Positions 37,201 to 45,913 are shown, counted from the stretch's first letter. The stretch: 55,234 nucleotides of DNA from a virus (IMGVR_UViG_3300027895_000007:1-55234); one strand, 5' to 3'. Program-made: numbers and translations. The notes: generated by a model from the letters alone, not told the origin.

Positions 37201-37717
37201 TGCCTTGGTTGGACTCGACCTCGTTTCTTCCTCTCCAGCCAAAGTAATCGGCTGGTACGGCACTGGCTTGGACTCGGCGACCTTTAACTCGCCAACAAAT
37301 GGCTATATTCCACGAGTTGTGTCCGGCGTTCATAAGCTGGTCAACCCGCTGACAGTCGGCCCGGTCAGGGTTGCCGGCAACGACTCCACCGGCCTGACCG
37401 GGGCAGCGACGATCACGACATATACGCCTGGCAGCTTAGGTTCGTTCCGAGTCTCACCGTACCTGAACATCACGGCCAGATCGTTGGACGTGCTGAATCT
37501 GGTATGCACCTATACGGACGAAAACAGCAACTCGGCAACCGCAACCTTCTTCCCGATGGGTTTGACTTCGGCTAGTTTGGCCACGGTGGGGAATTTCAAC
37601 TTCCCGCCGACAGTGGTCCGCAGCGGGGCGAATGCTATCAAGGTTATCGCGGTGCTGACTACAGGGATCGGTTCCGTGGCCTACGATGCGGGCGTCGTAA
37701 TCGAGCAGATCGCATAG
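34298..37717 (+). CDS. Large tail fibre / receptor-binding protein (1139 aa)
   Basis: Gly/Thr/Ser-rich; FVWNGSDW.N fibre motif; start at ATG 34298 just after the previous stop. Confidence 0.7.
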   Translation: MRDPCPGFPEGFFSIPTDNPAKNKETARRLEENRNADGAGQVYVAGTGFQAEEGDEVSLLTPTNVTIRGQITGQVVAGYPFYSFQQTTSTAQTSTPGGLLEVTSGVEAQNPLGIQSVVGNQLAQERNGNVNVPTGTFVDLWLGDDGQTWYFLWQAIPSPGLPFESDTCGLTPDGCGNWSIGLTQTIGTQISTSLVQGGSLTTNVPVNSLVFFTGFNPPSPPSPPEPPSPGEQAEPGIGGVVFDTEIVLNAGWYWGSSSETYPGGGGQTWSAAGGIQEYFTTAGAATFTSASLPGNNTSLGSGTFGIGCNNQAGLSDIGVTPGALLGAGTDSSTANEWCYQPGSSSFGCITLTGSSTVGGGTFGPGLLVWTGDVTVNSYSGNSFTGFCIVAGNYVGPGAIIFNAASGAGATGAPNPTMYWGLGSASLGAATLGLGGLFVGGWTAGEFLGMGPPGQATHFAGTAEFQLPSSSSIGGVATGGGILKIASDAQVGPGGFTIQPGAILTPGTLLTQTPITASDVYQGINDGMSNAYFAGSVSVPVSPWRVVPGGVANFSQEEAGSPVYLLSDNVLVCFGDGTITTQSICAGSYITITPGTSPDNCPAAYINWAGLTVTVPGSSTTAGITNLYFAGPVTNIGGGGMSIGCCTTGNATGSLTVIGKPGGGTIGNVSNLTINYPAIGITGGGEVNQPFVTGDTIGNATATLLPPGITGSIISNQIGASSVGTAWHGDGSFTYLPSSLGGRGQVTLQGSSPVIIVETADTLGFSGANILLTSGSTVIPPGATGYPIALFRMSSPLIESGAGSYYQYATDVTGALYAAIGVGTSNAVAAIVMQGGGSMNLGFFCNIDTTRVSDHCVTQQGISGNNYGSPFLISLMSALGAPTPGVGYNLVSDGSSSLTPNVNDGFVWNGSDWANALIVNSIASAGGTIAVTPLGTGNVNLETNGASGTGAAGDTFVDGLFEAAGSLALALVGLDLVSSSPAKVIGWYGTGLDSATFNSPTNGYIPRVVSGVHKLVNPLTVGPVRVAGNDSTGLTGAATITTYTPGSLGSFRVSPYLNITARSLDVLNLVCTYTDENSNSATATFFPMGLTSASLATVGNFNFPPTVVRSGANAIKVIAVLTTGIGSVAYDAGVVIEQIA

Positions 37718-37771
37718 CGGCATCCCGATTGCATTCCGTCCCCAAGGGGATAAACTCTTGAGGACGCGAAA

Positions 37772-37966
37772 ATGTCACACAAAATCACGATGCGAAGGAT
37801 TCCCAGCATGATCGACCTACTTCGACAAGAGTACGATCAGAGGACACAGAGCGACGACGAATCGCACAAGCGGCGTCGGCGTTGGTACTGGACTCTCTAC
37901 GCGATCTTCGTCTTCGCCCTGGTGGGAAGCGCGTTGCCAGCGATCATACACCGAATTGCTCACTAA
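37772..37966 (+). CDS. Small membrane protein
   Basis: RRRR followed by a hydrophobic helix; GAGG RBS. Confidence 0.55.
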   Translation: MSHKITMRRIPSMIDLLRQEYDQRTQSDDESHKRRRRWYWTLYAIFVFALVGSALPAIIHRIAH

Positions 37967-37973
37967 GGCAGGC

Positions 37974-38372
37974 ATGATGCTGAAACTTGCGTTCGCCCTT
38001 TTCTTTCAGACGCTCGGCGGTTTCTTCATCGGCATTGCGACATTGCCTCTGTGGCAGAGCAGCGTTGAGTTCTCTTCCATAGCCGGGGTATTGCAGTCTA
38101 GCGGAAACGCTGGTGCAGCTGGCTTGATGTTCTTCCTAGTGTTCTGGATGCTCAAGGATCGCCGCAAAGAACTCCGGGAGAAGGACCGGCTTCAGTTCGT
38201 TTCGACGGTGCAGATCGCGTCGGTTATCGAGACGTATTTCCAGCGGTTTCTGAGCGAGTTGGGCGTATCTGTAGCCGAGAGGGATAGATTGAGGACGGAG
38301 CGAGTCAAGTGGATTGAGAACGGAGAGAAGGCGTTCCCGAATAGAGATAGCGACAAGGAAGAGGACAAGTAA
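37974..38372 (+). CDS. Holin-like membrane protein
   Basis: Two hydrophobic segments and a charged tail; located after the fibre gene. Confidence 0.5.
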   Translation: MMLKLAFALFFQTLGGFFIGIATLPLWQSSVEFSSIAGVLQSSGNAGAAGLMFFLVFWMLKDRRKELREKDRLQFVSTVQIASVIETYFQRFLSELGVSVAERDRLRTERVKWIENGEKAFPNRDSDKEEDK

Positions 38373-38389
38373 CCGAAACGGGGTGAAAC

Positions 38390-38587
38390 ATGCTTCTAAT
38401 TGTGTGCGTCGTGTGCTTCATCATGACCATGTTCTTGTGGCTTCTCACGCTACTCGGAGCCGTGCCTGGTGCGCCAAACTACTCCCCTTGGCTTGCGTTC
38501 TTCGCTTGCCTAATCCTTGGCACGGTGGTCTTTCTGATCGGCGGCGGGATCATCACTGTGCCGACTGAGGCGGTCATTCGACGCTGA
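38390..38587 (+). CDS. Small two-TM protein (holin-like)
   Basis: Two hydrophobic helices. Confidence 0.55.
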   Translation: MLLIVCVVCFIMTMFLWLLTLLGAVPGAPNYSPWLAFFACLILGTVVFLIGGGIITVPTEAVIRR

Positions 38588-38601
38588 GGAAAGGACTTCC
38601 C

Positions 38602-39057
38602 ATGTCTGACACCGTTTGGCAGGCAATTATTGCCGCCGCTGTCACCGTTATTCTCGCCTACATGCAATTCCGGACGAAGCAGAGCGTTGACGCGAAGGGC
38701 AAGGAAGCTGCCGACGCCGCCAAGGGTGCATCCAATGCGGCCAACGCAGCCGCCGTACAAGCGACAATCGCGGCCACGAAGGTTCAGACGGTCAAGACCG
38801 ACTTGCAATCGGCCACGGATGCGACCCACGAAAAACTCGACGAACTGCACAAGCTGGCCAACGCTCAGCACACGGCGGGGTCCGTGAAGCAGGACAGCAC
38901 CGACGACACGCTGGCCGAGATGTTGCGAGCGGCGGCAGGCACCCCGTTGGCCGAAACGCTGCAACAGATCGTCGCCAAGAACAGGGCCGACCAGGAGAGC
39001 AAGGCTGCTCAGGTCGTGGCGAAGGCTACGGAAGAGGCCAGGGGAGCGGCGAAATGA
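38602..39057 (+). CDS. N-terminal TM plus coiled-coil protein (holin-like)
   Basis: AAGGA RBS; single TM then Ala-rich helix. Confidence 0.6.
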   Translation: MSDTVWQAIIAAAVTVILAYMQFRTKQSVDAKGKEAADAAKGASNAANAAAVQATIAATKVQTVKTDLQSATDATHEKLDELHKLANAQHTAGSVKQDSTDDTLAEMLRAAAGTPLAETLQQIVAKNRADQESKAAQVVAKATEEARGAAK

Positions 39058-39413
39058 ATCCCGATTACGTTTTCCCACCCGATCAGCCGTCCCGGCGCTT
39101 CGAGATGCCGCCGTGGTCCACGTCTGGCCTGTGCGCACCGTGGGGCTTTGCTCCGCGCTGGCATCGTCTTTGGTGGAGGTTTCGAGTATGACTGACGCCG
39201 TAATTCTTCGCCTTGCGGGAGTGGGAAGAGCGTATCAGGGGGATTGAGGGATTGTGCCGATGCCAATGACTGTTCCAGATTGTCCTGAATGGCAAGAGCA
39301 ACCTGGCTTTGAGCTGACGCCGTGTTGTTGCGTCAAGACCATCGGCAAACCGTGGCCGGATTGCACGGCTTGAACCTTTTCTTTTGGCGATGCGTCTCGT
39401 ATCATGTTTGCGG

Positions 39414-39490
39414 CAGGGTATAGCTCAGCTTGGTCAAGAGCGTCGCACTTGGGCTGCGAAGGTCGAGGGTTCAAATCCCTTCTACCCTGA
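39414..39490 (+). tRNA. tRNA-Pro(TGG)
   Basis: CAGGGTA/TACCCTG acceptor, GCTC/GAGC D-stem, TCGCA-CTTGGGC-TGCGA anticodon arm, TTCAAAT T-loop; one extra base at the T/acceptor junction; no encoded CCA. Confidence 0.8.
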
Positions 39491-39492
39491 CT

Positions 39493-39563
39493 TCGGCGTT
39501 AGTTCAGTGCCAGAACGTCGGTCGCTAAACCGAATGACGCAGGTTCGAGTCCTGCACGCCGGA
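39493..39563 (+). tRNA. Atypical tRNA-like gene with 6-nt anticodon loop
   Basis: TCGGCGT/ACGCCGG acceptor, GTTC/GAAC D-stem, TCGGT-CGCTAA-ACCGA, GCAGG-TTCGAGT-CCTGC. Confidence 0.6.
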
Positions 39564-39600
39564 CTGTTTCAAAACCAAGTTTCTTGCCAAGAGGAAACTC

Positions 39601-41208
39601 ATGTCAACCGTCTCCGATTCATCTGTTCGCGTCGATTCTGACCACGATTACGCCGCACTCGAAAAGCTAATCGCTCAGCGAGTGGCGTCGTTGTCCGGGC
39701 CGCTGTTCACCACGAACGCTACCGGGTTGTTCGAGGCGTATCTTGAGGGCATTCTGGAGCGTGAACGGCAGCATTACACCTGCCGCTGCTGCTGGCGTTT
39801 CATCGAGAACTACGGCGGTCTGGTGAGCATTGCCGCCGATGGCACACTTCGCACCGAGATGTGCGGAATGTTGGGCGTCCCGGATTTCTTCCGTGAATCG
39901 TTGAGCGATATGCAGATTAAAGTGTTGAAGGCCAAGGTCACCGGCGTCTTCATCAACGGCGACAAGGAATGGGGCGTGGCGTCGAACGTCGCTGGTCTCG
40001 GATCAAAGTACGTCGGCCAGACGTGGACGCACCTGCACGGTACGCCGGCAACCGTGTTCTCCTCGCCTTTGAAGACTGCCGAGCAAGTCATGGCCGAGAA
40101 GCTGCAAGATTACATCACGCTCCGCAAGGGATTGGAAGACTACTCGCTTGACGCCGCTGTCCAGGGGGTTCGCGTGCTGGAAGCCGACGCGGTGGACCGC
40201 AGCGAGAAGACGCTGGGCGTGGCTCAGTGGTTGCTGAAACTGCATCAGACGATTGAGGGGAAGCGCGGCGCTGTCCGCGATAATCTCATCTGGCTTGCGG
40301 TCGCGGGCGCGCCTCCGGGCTGGTGTCATATCCGGTCCACGATGATTTCAACACTGCTTGACGACGTGGTTCAAGGACTGCCATTCGACGCGATCAAGCG
40401 GCGGTGGAATGAGAAGATGCACCCGCTGCAATACCAGCGGCCGACGACGGTCAAGGAAGGCAACATCGAGCAGGCCAACAAGATCGTGGCCAAGCTCCAA
40501 AGCGAAGGGGCCTTGCAGCGGCGGTTCGCTCGGTTAGAGGACATCGTTCCGCTGTGGACGCCGAAACCGTTGCAGCCTGCGCCGACCAAGCGGCAGGGCG
40601 GTGCGTTCGATCACCTGAAGGCCAAGGGCGGCACGGTCAAGGCGGTGGAACTGCCAGCGAAGCGGATGTCCTGGCATGAGTTTCAAGCGTCCGTGCTGCC
40701 AACGGCGAGCGAGATCGAGGTTGACGTACCGTACAGCGGCGAATTCTTCGGCATGGTGACGGCGGTCAATCCGGACGCCGCGCCGATTCTGCAATGGGAC
40801 GGGTTGCCTGGCTGCGCCCGCAATCCGGTGTCGCATTACTTCTATGTCAACGGATCAACGGCCGCTCAATGGGGCCTTGCTCCGGGCCGCGTCAAAGTGA
40901 ATGCCATCTGTCTGAAACCTCCGTTCTGGCAACAGCCGGAGAAGTTTGCTCATCAAGGCAAAGGCGTGTTCTTCGTTCTCGACGGCGCACGCGATACCAG
41001 GCACGAGCAAGGCGGTTGCTTCTTCCCGGAATCGCTACGAACGGAATACCATAAAATCCGCTCCGCGATGGAGGCGTATGCGCAGAGCGCCAAGATTGAA
41101 GGACGCGACGAAGGAACGGCGAACGGCATCGCTTTGGATGAGCGGCAATCGCTGGCAGTGCGTGTCAAGTCTGCTGGTGGCGTGCAGGATTACGCTTTAA
41201 CGCTTTAG
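39601..41208 (+). CDS. Large phage protein of unknown function
   Basis: GAGGA RBS; HYTCRCC.RFI..YGGLV, HPLQYQRP and LQRRFA motifs recalled from phage hypothetical proteins. Confidence 0.75.
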   Translation: MSTVSDSSVRVDSDHDYAALEKLIAQRVASLSGPLFTTNATGLFEAYLEGILERERQHYTCRCCWRFIENYGGLVSIAADGTLRTEMCGMLGVPDFFRESLSDMQIKVLKAKVTGVFINGDKEWGVASNVAGLGSKYVGQTWTHLHGTPATVFSSPLKTAEQVMAEKLQDYITLRKGLEDYSLDAAVQGVRVLEADAVDRSEKTLGVAQWLLKLHQTIEGKRGAVRDNLIWLAVAGAPPGWCHIRSTMISTLLDDVVQGLPFDAIKRRWNEKMHPLQYQRPTTVKEGNIEQANKIVAKLQSEGALQRRFARLEDIVPLWTPKPLQPAPTKRQGGAFDHLKAKGGTVKAVELPAKRMSWHEFQASVLPTASEIEVDVPYSGEFFGMVTAVNPDAAPILQWDGLPGCARNPVSHYFYVNGSTAAQWGLAPGRVKVNAICLKPPFWQQPEKFAHQGKGVFFVLDGARDTRHEQGGCFFPESLRTEYHKIRSAMEAYAQSAKIEGRDEGTANGIALDERQSLAVRVKSAGGVQDYALTL

Positions 41209-41422
41209 TCCTTAAAGGCCGCGCATGGCCTTACATGATGCCCGCTAGAACCGGCTTACTGGACTGGCGGGCCTTTGCATTCCCTGGCGGTTATGCTCAC
41301 CGACGACGGCCCGCTGTTCGCTGGGCAATCGACAGGGTGCAGCTGCTTCGGTGGGACGGATTCGGTTCACGACGAAGAATGAATTGCGCGCGGCAAATTT
41401 CGACGATTTCGGGAGGAAAAGT

Positions 41423-41896
41423 ATGGAACTGGTCACAGTCAACAACGTCGGCTGGGATCTGAAAGCCCCTTGCGGCGATTGTCCATTCCTCAAGACCAGC
41501 CCATTTCACGAGGGAGTTGCCGGCAGTATTTCAAGCTACGTGGAGAGTATCCAAAGTGGTGTTTTTGCCCATACGTGTCACAAAACCGACAACCGGGAAG
41601 CCTGCGATGGCCCGAAGAATTATAAGGGCGAAAGGCCGCAGCACTGCGTCGGCGCAATCATGATGTTGCTGAAGACAGGCCACACACTCGATTATCAAAT
41701 GCCGCTCTTGCACGCCGCCGAGCGCGGGGAAATCGACCTGAAGGCAATGCACGAGGCGGCCACGGCAAATGAAAACGTCTTCACCGTGGGCCAGTTGTTG
41801 AAATTCTACGCGGACGAATTAGCAAAGCAGCTGAAGACTCCGCGGATGAAGGCGGCGCTGCGACGGGCGAAGAGGAAGGCGGCGAAGCGCCGCTGA
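41423..41896 (+). CDS. Cys-rich phage protein (PCxxCPF...CH...C.G, DUF6283-like)
   Basis: PCGDCPF, TCHKT and HCVGA motifs; GGAGG RBS. Confidence 0.65.
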   Translation: MELVTVNNVGWDLKAPCGDCPFLKTSPFHEGVAGSISSYVESIQSGVFAHTCHKTDNREACDGPKNYKGERPQHCVGAIMMLLKTGHTLDYQMPLLHAAERGEIDLKAMHEAATANENVFTVGQLLKFYADELAKQLKTPRMKAALRRAKRKAAKRR

Positions 41897-41934
41897 GCTT
41901 GCCGCCGACCCCAAATCATGGTACAAAGAGGGCC

Positions 41935-42114
41935 ATGCTGATAACCGTGAAAGCGACGCTGCCGCAACCGCTCCTCGACGACCTCGACCAGGCCGCCGCC
42001 GAGGAGGGCGTGAAGCGCACGGAGATTTTGCGGCGGCTGTTGGCGCAGGCTCTAGAGAGGCGGCAAATCGAGATGGTGAAGCCGGCCGCGAAACGAGCGA
42101 GGAGGCGAGCATGA
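41935..42114 (+). CDS. CopG / ribbon-helix-helix regulator
   Basis: TLP..LL..LD.AA..EGV.R.EILR..L pattern; TTGCCG-17 nt-TACAAA upstream. Confidence 0.75.
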   Translation: MLITVKATLPQPLLDDLDQAAAEEGVKRTEILRRLLAQALERRQIEMVKPAAKRARRRA

Positions 42115-42404
42115 GCGATGGAATCCAATACGAAGCGGTAGATTCGTTCGCCCTGATGAGCACGCTCGCTGGAAACTCCGTCCTACTCGGTCAGAAATGG
42201 CTCTTGTGCAAGCTTGTCAAATCGGTACTTGGAGCGGCGGCCGATAGCGAATTGGTCATCGTGAACACGGCAAGTTATCGTTCGCTCATCCTCTGCGACG
42301 TGTATCAGAATACCATTACGGGCGAGATTTCTTACGCTCCGGTCAAGGTGGCAGACGTGCTGGAAGTGGATCGAAACGGCGTTGTGGTGGAGGTGAAGAG
42401 ATGA
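42111..42404 (+). CDS. Hypothetical protein
   Basis: GGAGG RBS; ATGA overlap. Confidence 0.6.
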   Translation: MSDGIQYEAVDSFALMSTLAGNSVLLGQKWLLCKLVKSVLGAAADSELVIVNTASYRSLILCDVYQNTITGEISYAPVKVADVLEVDRNGVVVEVKR

Positions 42405-42572
42405 GCACGAGCAACAGCCGACTTCGGCGACCGATCCTCTTGCACCGGAAGCGAGCGAAGCCGTTTCGTGGTGAGCGCGTGCCGGCGTATAGCGGCAGGA
42501 TGGTCCGTGGCAAGGTCAAGGTTGTCCCGGCGAAGTTGCCGCCGTTGCCGGTGGGATGATAAAGGGGAAGAG

Positions 42573-42800
42573 ATGAAGATTCAACACGTTTCATTCGAGC
42601 GCAGGCAATGCGGGTGGCTCTGCACGATAGGCTTCATGTACACCACGACGCGGCAGTTCACCGACGAATATCAGGTCGTCGAGGTCGCGCGGAAGTGGTG
42701 GATTCAAGCCTACTTCGCCGCCCGCTGGCAAGCGAAGTTCCATATTCAGGTTCACGGTGCAAAGCCTGGCGAGCGTGAACGTCTCGGCTGGGGTGCATGA
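42573..42800 (+). CDS. Hypothetical protein
   Basis: Purine-rich RBS before ATG 42573. Confidence 0.55.
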   Translation: MKIQHVSFERRQCGWLCTIGFMYTTTRQFTDEYQVVEVARKWWIQAYFAARWQAKFHIQVHGAKPGERERLGWGA

Positions 42801-42813
42801 CACGGAGGGTCGC

Positions 42814-42891
42814 ATGCGGATCATCATCGCGGCTGCTTTTGGGGCCCTGCTCGGGCTGGTCGAAACGCTCTGGAGATTGCTGCTCAACTGA
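42814..42891 (+). CDS. 25-aa hydrophobic peptide
   Basis: MRIIIAAAFGALLGLVETLWRLLLN; GGAGG RBS. Confidence 0.5.
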   Translation: MRIIIAAAFGALLGLVETLWRLLLN

Positions 42892-42901
42892 AAGGCTCCT
42901 C

Positions 42902-43270
42902 ATGTCCACCACACCAAAACCAGTGACCGCCGCCAAGTCGATCCTCGTGGCCAATGAGGTGTATCCGCAGCTTGACCAGTCCACGGTCCCGGACTGGCTC
43001 ACAGTGCTGGTGGACATTGCCGAGATCATGGGAGCGTTAGTGCCGCTGCTCGTTCTCTGTGGCTTGGCTGATGCGGAGGCGATCCGGCTCCGGGCCACGC
43101 ACCTTCTGCAAGTCGATGTGGATCTGCTGCGTCCCATGATCCGACGCCAGCGGAAGGCTGAATTCAGCACGCCGGCAGCGGAAGAGGCGTTGTCGATGGC
43201 TCTCATCAACATGACGGCCAATTCGACGGCAACCGAGACGGCGGCGATTTGGACGGAGAACACACCGTGA
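42902..43270 (+). CDS. Hypothetical protein
   Basis: AAAGG RBS before ATG 42902. Confidence 0.6.
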   Translation: MSTTPKPVTAAKSILVANEVYPQLDQSTVPDWLTVLVDIAEIMGALVPLLVLCGLADAEAIRLRATHLLQVDVDLLRPMIRRQRKAEFSTPAAEEALSMALINMTANSTATETAAIWTENTP

Positions 43271-43485
43271 TCTACACCTTCGTCCGCGTGGCCAGCGGTT
43301 ACTACCTGATTTCTCCGATGCCGCAACCGGCAGCGGGGCGGTACATGATCGCCGTCGGCGGAGTGCTGAGGTACTACGATCTGACGCCGGTGGAAGGCTT
43401 TTGGCAGGTCATGCCGGTCGGGGACGAGACGCCGGCGCTGCCGGACGGGACGTATCAGGTACAGATGGCGGAGGGACAGCCGTGA
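43267..43485 (+). CDS. Small beta protein, likely paralog of 50512..50721
   Basis: GTGA-coupled; LPDGTY motif. Confidence 0.55.
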   Translation: MIYTFVRVASGYYLISPMPQPAAGRYMIAVGGVLRYYDLTPVEGFWQVMPVGDETPALPDGTYQVQMAEGQP

Positions 43486-44357
43486 ACACGCAAAAACCAT
43501 TGGTGATTTATCACGGAGGGTGCAACGACGGCTTTTGCGCCGCGTGGCTTGCGTGGAAACACTTCAATGGCGAAGCTGACTTTCACCCGGCGAATTATGG
43601 CGAACCGCCTCCGGACGTGACGGATCGAACCGTCTACATTCTCGATTTCAGCTACAAGCGTCCCGTTATGCTCGAAATGGCCAAGGCCGCGAAAAAGTTG
43701 TTCGTGTTGGATCATCACAAGACGGCCGCTAAAGAATTGGAAGGGCTATCGCTTGTCCACGGCCATCCCGATGAGGGGACGAACATCTTCTGCAAGTTCG
43801 ACATGGCCAAGAGCGGCGGCCGTCTGACATGGGAGCACTTCGCCGGAATAGAGCGAGATCGGTACACGCTTGCTACCGAAGTTTTCCGCTCCGAGCCGTG
43901 GCTTGTCGCTTTCACGGAAGATCGTGATTTGTGGCTTTGGAAGTTGCATGCGTCGAAGGAAATCAATGCGGCACTTGCCAGCTATCCGCGAGAATTCGAG
44001 ACGTGGGATATGTTCTCGAATTGGAAGGGCGAACAGTTGGCCAACTTCGCAAGAGAGGGTGCAGCCATTCTCCGCTATCAGAGGCAACTGGTTGACCTAG
44101 CCGTACAGAATGCCGTGGAAATCGAGATCGACGGCCACAAGGTGTTGAGCGTCAACACGACTTGTCTTGTTTCCGAGATCGGCGAACGGCTGGCGAAAGA
44201 TCGGCCATTCGGCGCCACATTCTTCATCCGTGGAAGCGACGGCAAGAAAATCTGGTCGCTGCGGTCACGCGACGGCGGCATCGACGTATCGGAAGTGGCG
44301 AAGCGACACGGAGGCGGCGGGCACAAGCAGGCTGCCGGATACGAGGAGATGCCGTGA
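43482..44357 (+). CDS. DHH/DHHA1 family phosphoesterase
   Basis: IYH..CNDG, ILDFS, LDHHKT, DRDLW, WSLRS and GGGH..AAG motifs. Confidence 0.9.
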   Translation: MNTQKPLVIYHGGCNDGFCAAWLAWKHFNGEADFHPANYGEPPPDVTDRTVYILDFSYKRPVMLEMAKAAKKLFVLDHHKTAAKELEGLSLVHGHPDEGTNIFCKFDMAKSGGRLTWEHFAGIERDRYTLATEVFRSEPWLVAFTEDRDLWLWKLHASKEINAALASYPREFETWDMFSNWKGEQLANFAREGAAILRYQRQLVDLAVQNAVEIEIDGHKVLSVNTTCLVSEIGERLAKDRPFGATFFIRGSDGKKIWSLRSRDGGIDVSEVAKRHGGGGHKQAAGYEEMP

Positions 44358-44530
44358 ACCGCGTCGGCACAGAATGCACCTGTTCAAGCGTGGAAGGCGA
44401 TGTCGCACACTACTCGTCTGCGGACGGCAAGGTCGTGTACATCGTCACGCTTCTGCCGGGCGATGAAATGCCGAGCGTTGGGGACGCGATCATTGTTTCG
44501 GCGGTGGACTTCGGGAAGGGGAAGCTGTGA
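44354..44530 (+). CDS. Hypothetical protein
   Basis: GAGGAG RBS; GTGA coupling. Confidence 0.5.
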   Translation: MNRVGTECTCSSVEGDVAHYSSADGKVVYIVTLLPGDEMPSVGDAIIVSAVDFGKGKL

Positions 44531-44739
44531 TAGATACGATGCGACAGATTGAGCAAGGCGAGTTCGGCGACCATCACGGCGATTTTGCTAAGTTGGTGAC
44601 AGCACAAGACTTTGCCGGCCACTTCGGCGTCAACGTCCATACCGGCACAACCATGCTCCGCGTCAACGTTGGTGGCATAGATTACTACTGGTCAAAACGG
44701 ACGGGAAAGTACGATGGTTCGGGCAGGAGCATGGCATGA
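44527..44739 (+). CDS. Hypothetical protein
   Basis: Coupled ORF ending YDG.G. Confidence 0.55.
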   Translation: MIDTMRQIEQGEFGDHHGDFAKLVTAQDFAGHFGVNVHTGTTMLRVNVGGIDYYWSKRTGKYDGSGRSMA

Positions 44740-45011
44740 ATCTCTACACCACACTGGCAGCCAGACGTCGGGCCTTCGCCGCATCGCCAGCGGGTCGCAT
44801 CATCGTGGACGTTGCCCTGGCCGTGTTCCTGCTGGTCGTCGCGGTGGACGTGCTGGCGCTGGTGCTCGATTTCGGCTATCTCAAGGCGTTCGGCTACTGG
44901 ACCATCAGCCATCACATATGGGTCGACCCGGATTTGGCCTGGATTCCGCTGGGGTGGAATCTGGTCGGGCTTGTGGCGTTGGGTGTTCACCTTTTGGTTC
45001 GCCCGTTCTAA
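44736..45011 (+). CDS. Two-TM membrane protein
   Basis: Hydrophobic helices flanking WTIS; ends HL. Confidence 0.6.
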   Translation: MNLYTTLAARRRAFAASPAGRIIVDVALAVFLLVVAVDVLALVLDFGYLKAFGYWTISHHIWVDPDLAWIPLGWNLVGLVALGVHLLVRPF

Positions 45012-45021
45012 AGGAGTCATC

Positions 45022-45321
45022 ATGTCCGAGACAATGCGAGAAATTTCTGAAGAGGAAGCCCGCGAGATGCGTGCTGATAAGCAGAGAATTTTGCAGGGCA
45101 GGCGGTCCGAGTCAACAGATAAGGTTACGGATCGCGAAGCGTCGATGCCGCAAGCTCAATGCATGCGTCATTCGGCTCGGTCGATGCTCGAAAGCGAGAT
45201 CATGCGGCTGAAGCAGCGGACGCACAAGCTGCAATGTCTCCTCAAGGCCCTGCCGATGGAGCTGCCTCCCGACGCCGATGAAGCGTTGTGGGAGATGATC
45301 TGCTCGATGCTGCGAAACTGA
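45022..45321 (+). CDS. Hypothetical protein
   Basis: AAGGAG RBS. Confidence 0.65.
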   Translation: MSETMREISEEEAREMRADKQRILQGRRSESTDKVTDREASMPQAQCMRHSARSMLESEIMRLKQRTHKLQCLLKALPMELPPDADEALWEMICSMLRN

Positions 45322-45461
45322 GGCCCGCCATGTGTACCACGAGGAACCGACGCGGCTTGAGTTGACCGACGCTTGTCGCAAGGGCGGCTGGTTCTTCGGT
45401 AGCTGTATCATGGCTATCTGGTTCAGTTGGAGTGTTTTATCGGAGTTGTTCTGAGGTTATC

Positions 45462-45677
45462 ATGGGTTGCGTGGCAACCATCGCTGCGGACAAGTTTCCG
45501 AAGCAAGGAAGCTGGATCGGCAAGAGGGCCGAGGTCTGCTTTAATTACGACACGAAATACCTCTTCATGGGAACCTTCGTGAGAGACGACAGGGAAGATC
45601 CGTGGGTCACGATTATCCATCTTGACGACGGTAGATTTGTCCTGGCGACGGAATGCCAGTATTCGCCTGGAAAGTGA
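45462..45677 (+). CDS. Small SH3-like phage protein
   Basis: FPKQG, VCFNYDT, VRDD and VLATECQY motifs; GAGG RBS. Confidence 0.65.
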   Translation: MGCVATIAADKFPKQGSWIGKRAEVCFNYDTKYLFMGTFVRDDREDPWVTIIHLDDGRFVLATECQYSPGK

Positions 45678-45685
45678 TGGATTGA

Positions 45686-45905
45686 ATGAAACACCGCGCT
45701 TACTTGGTACTTGGTGCCCATCATCCTCGGTTGCCTTGCGTTGGCGGCGGCGATGCTGTTCGACGTGGTTCCTCCACCGAAGCCGAAACCGCCGGTGCCG
45801 ATGAAGTCGCACAGTCCTTGCCCGCCGACACCGAACTGTCTTTGTGGGTGCACTGTGACGGGAAACTGTACGTGCAAGGACTGCGATCACCCGAAAATTG
45901 ACTGA
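45686..45905 (+). pseudogene. Secreted Cys-rich protein frameshifted by a 7-bp duplication
   Basis: TACTTGG twice (45701-45714); removing one copy gives MKHRAYLVPIILGCLALAAA...CLCGC...CTCKDC. Confidence 0.6.
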
Positions 45906-45913
45906 GGATAGCG

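Noticed and set aside
34298-37717. Diversity-generating retroelement target
   Set aside because: No reverse transcriptase and no template/variable repeat pair differing at adenines was seen.
39493-39563. Amber suppressor tRNA and TAG recoding
   Set aside because: The loop has 6 nt and lacks U33, and TAG ends several full-length genes (capsid, TerL nuclease, fibre, peptidase) at the expected positions.
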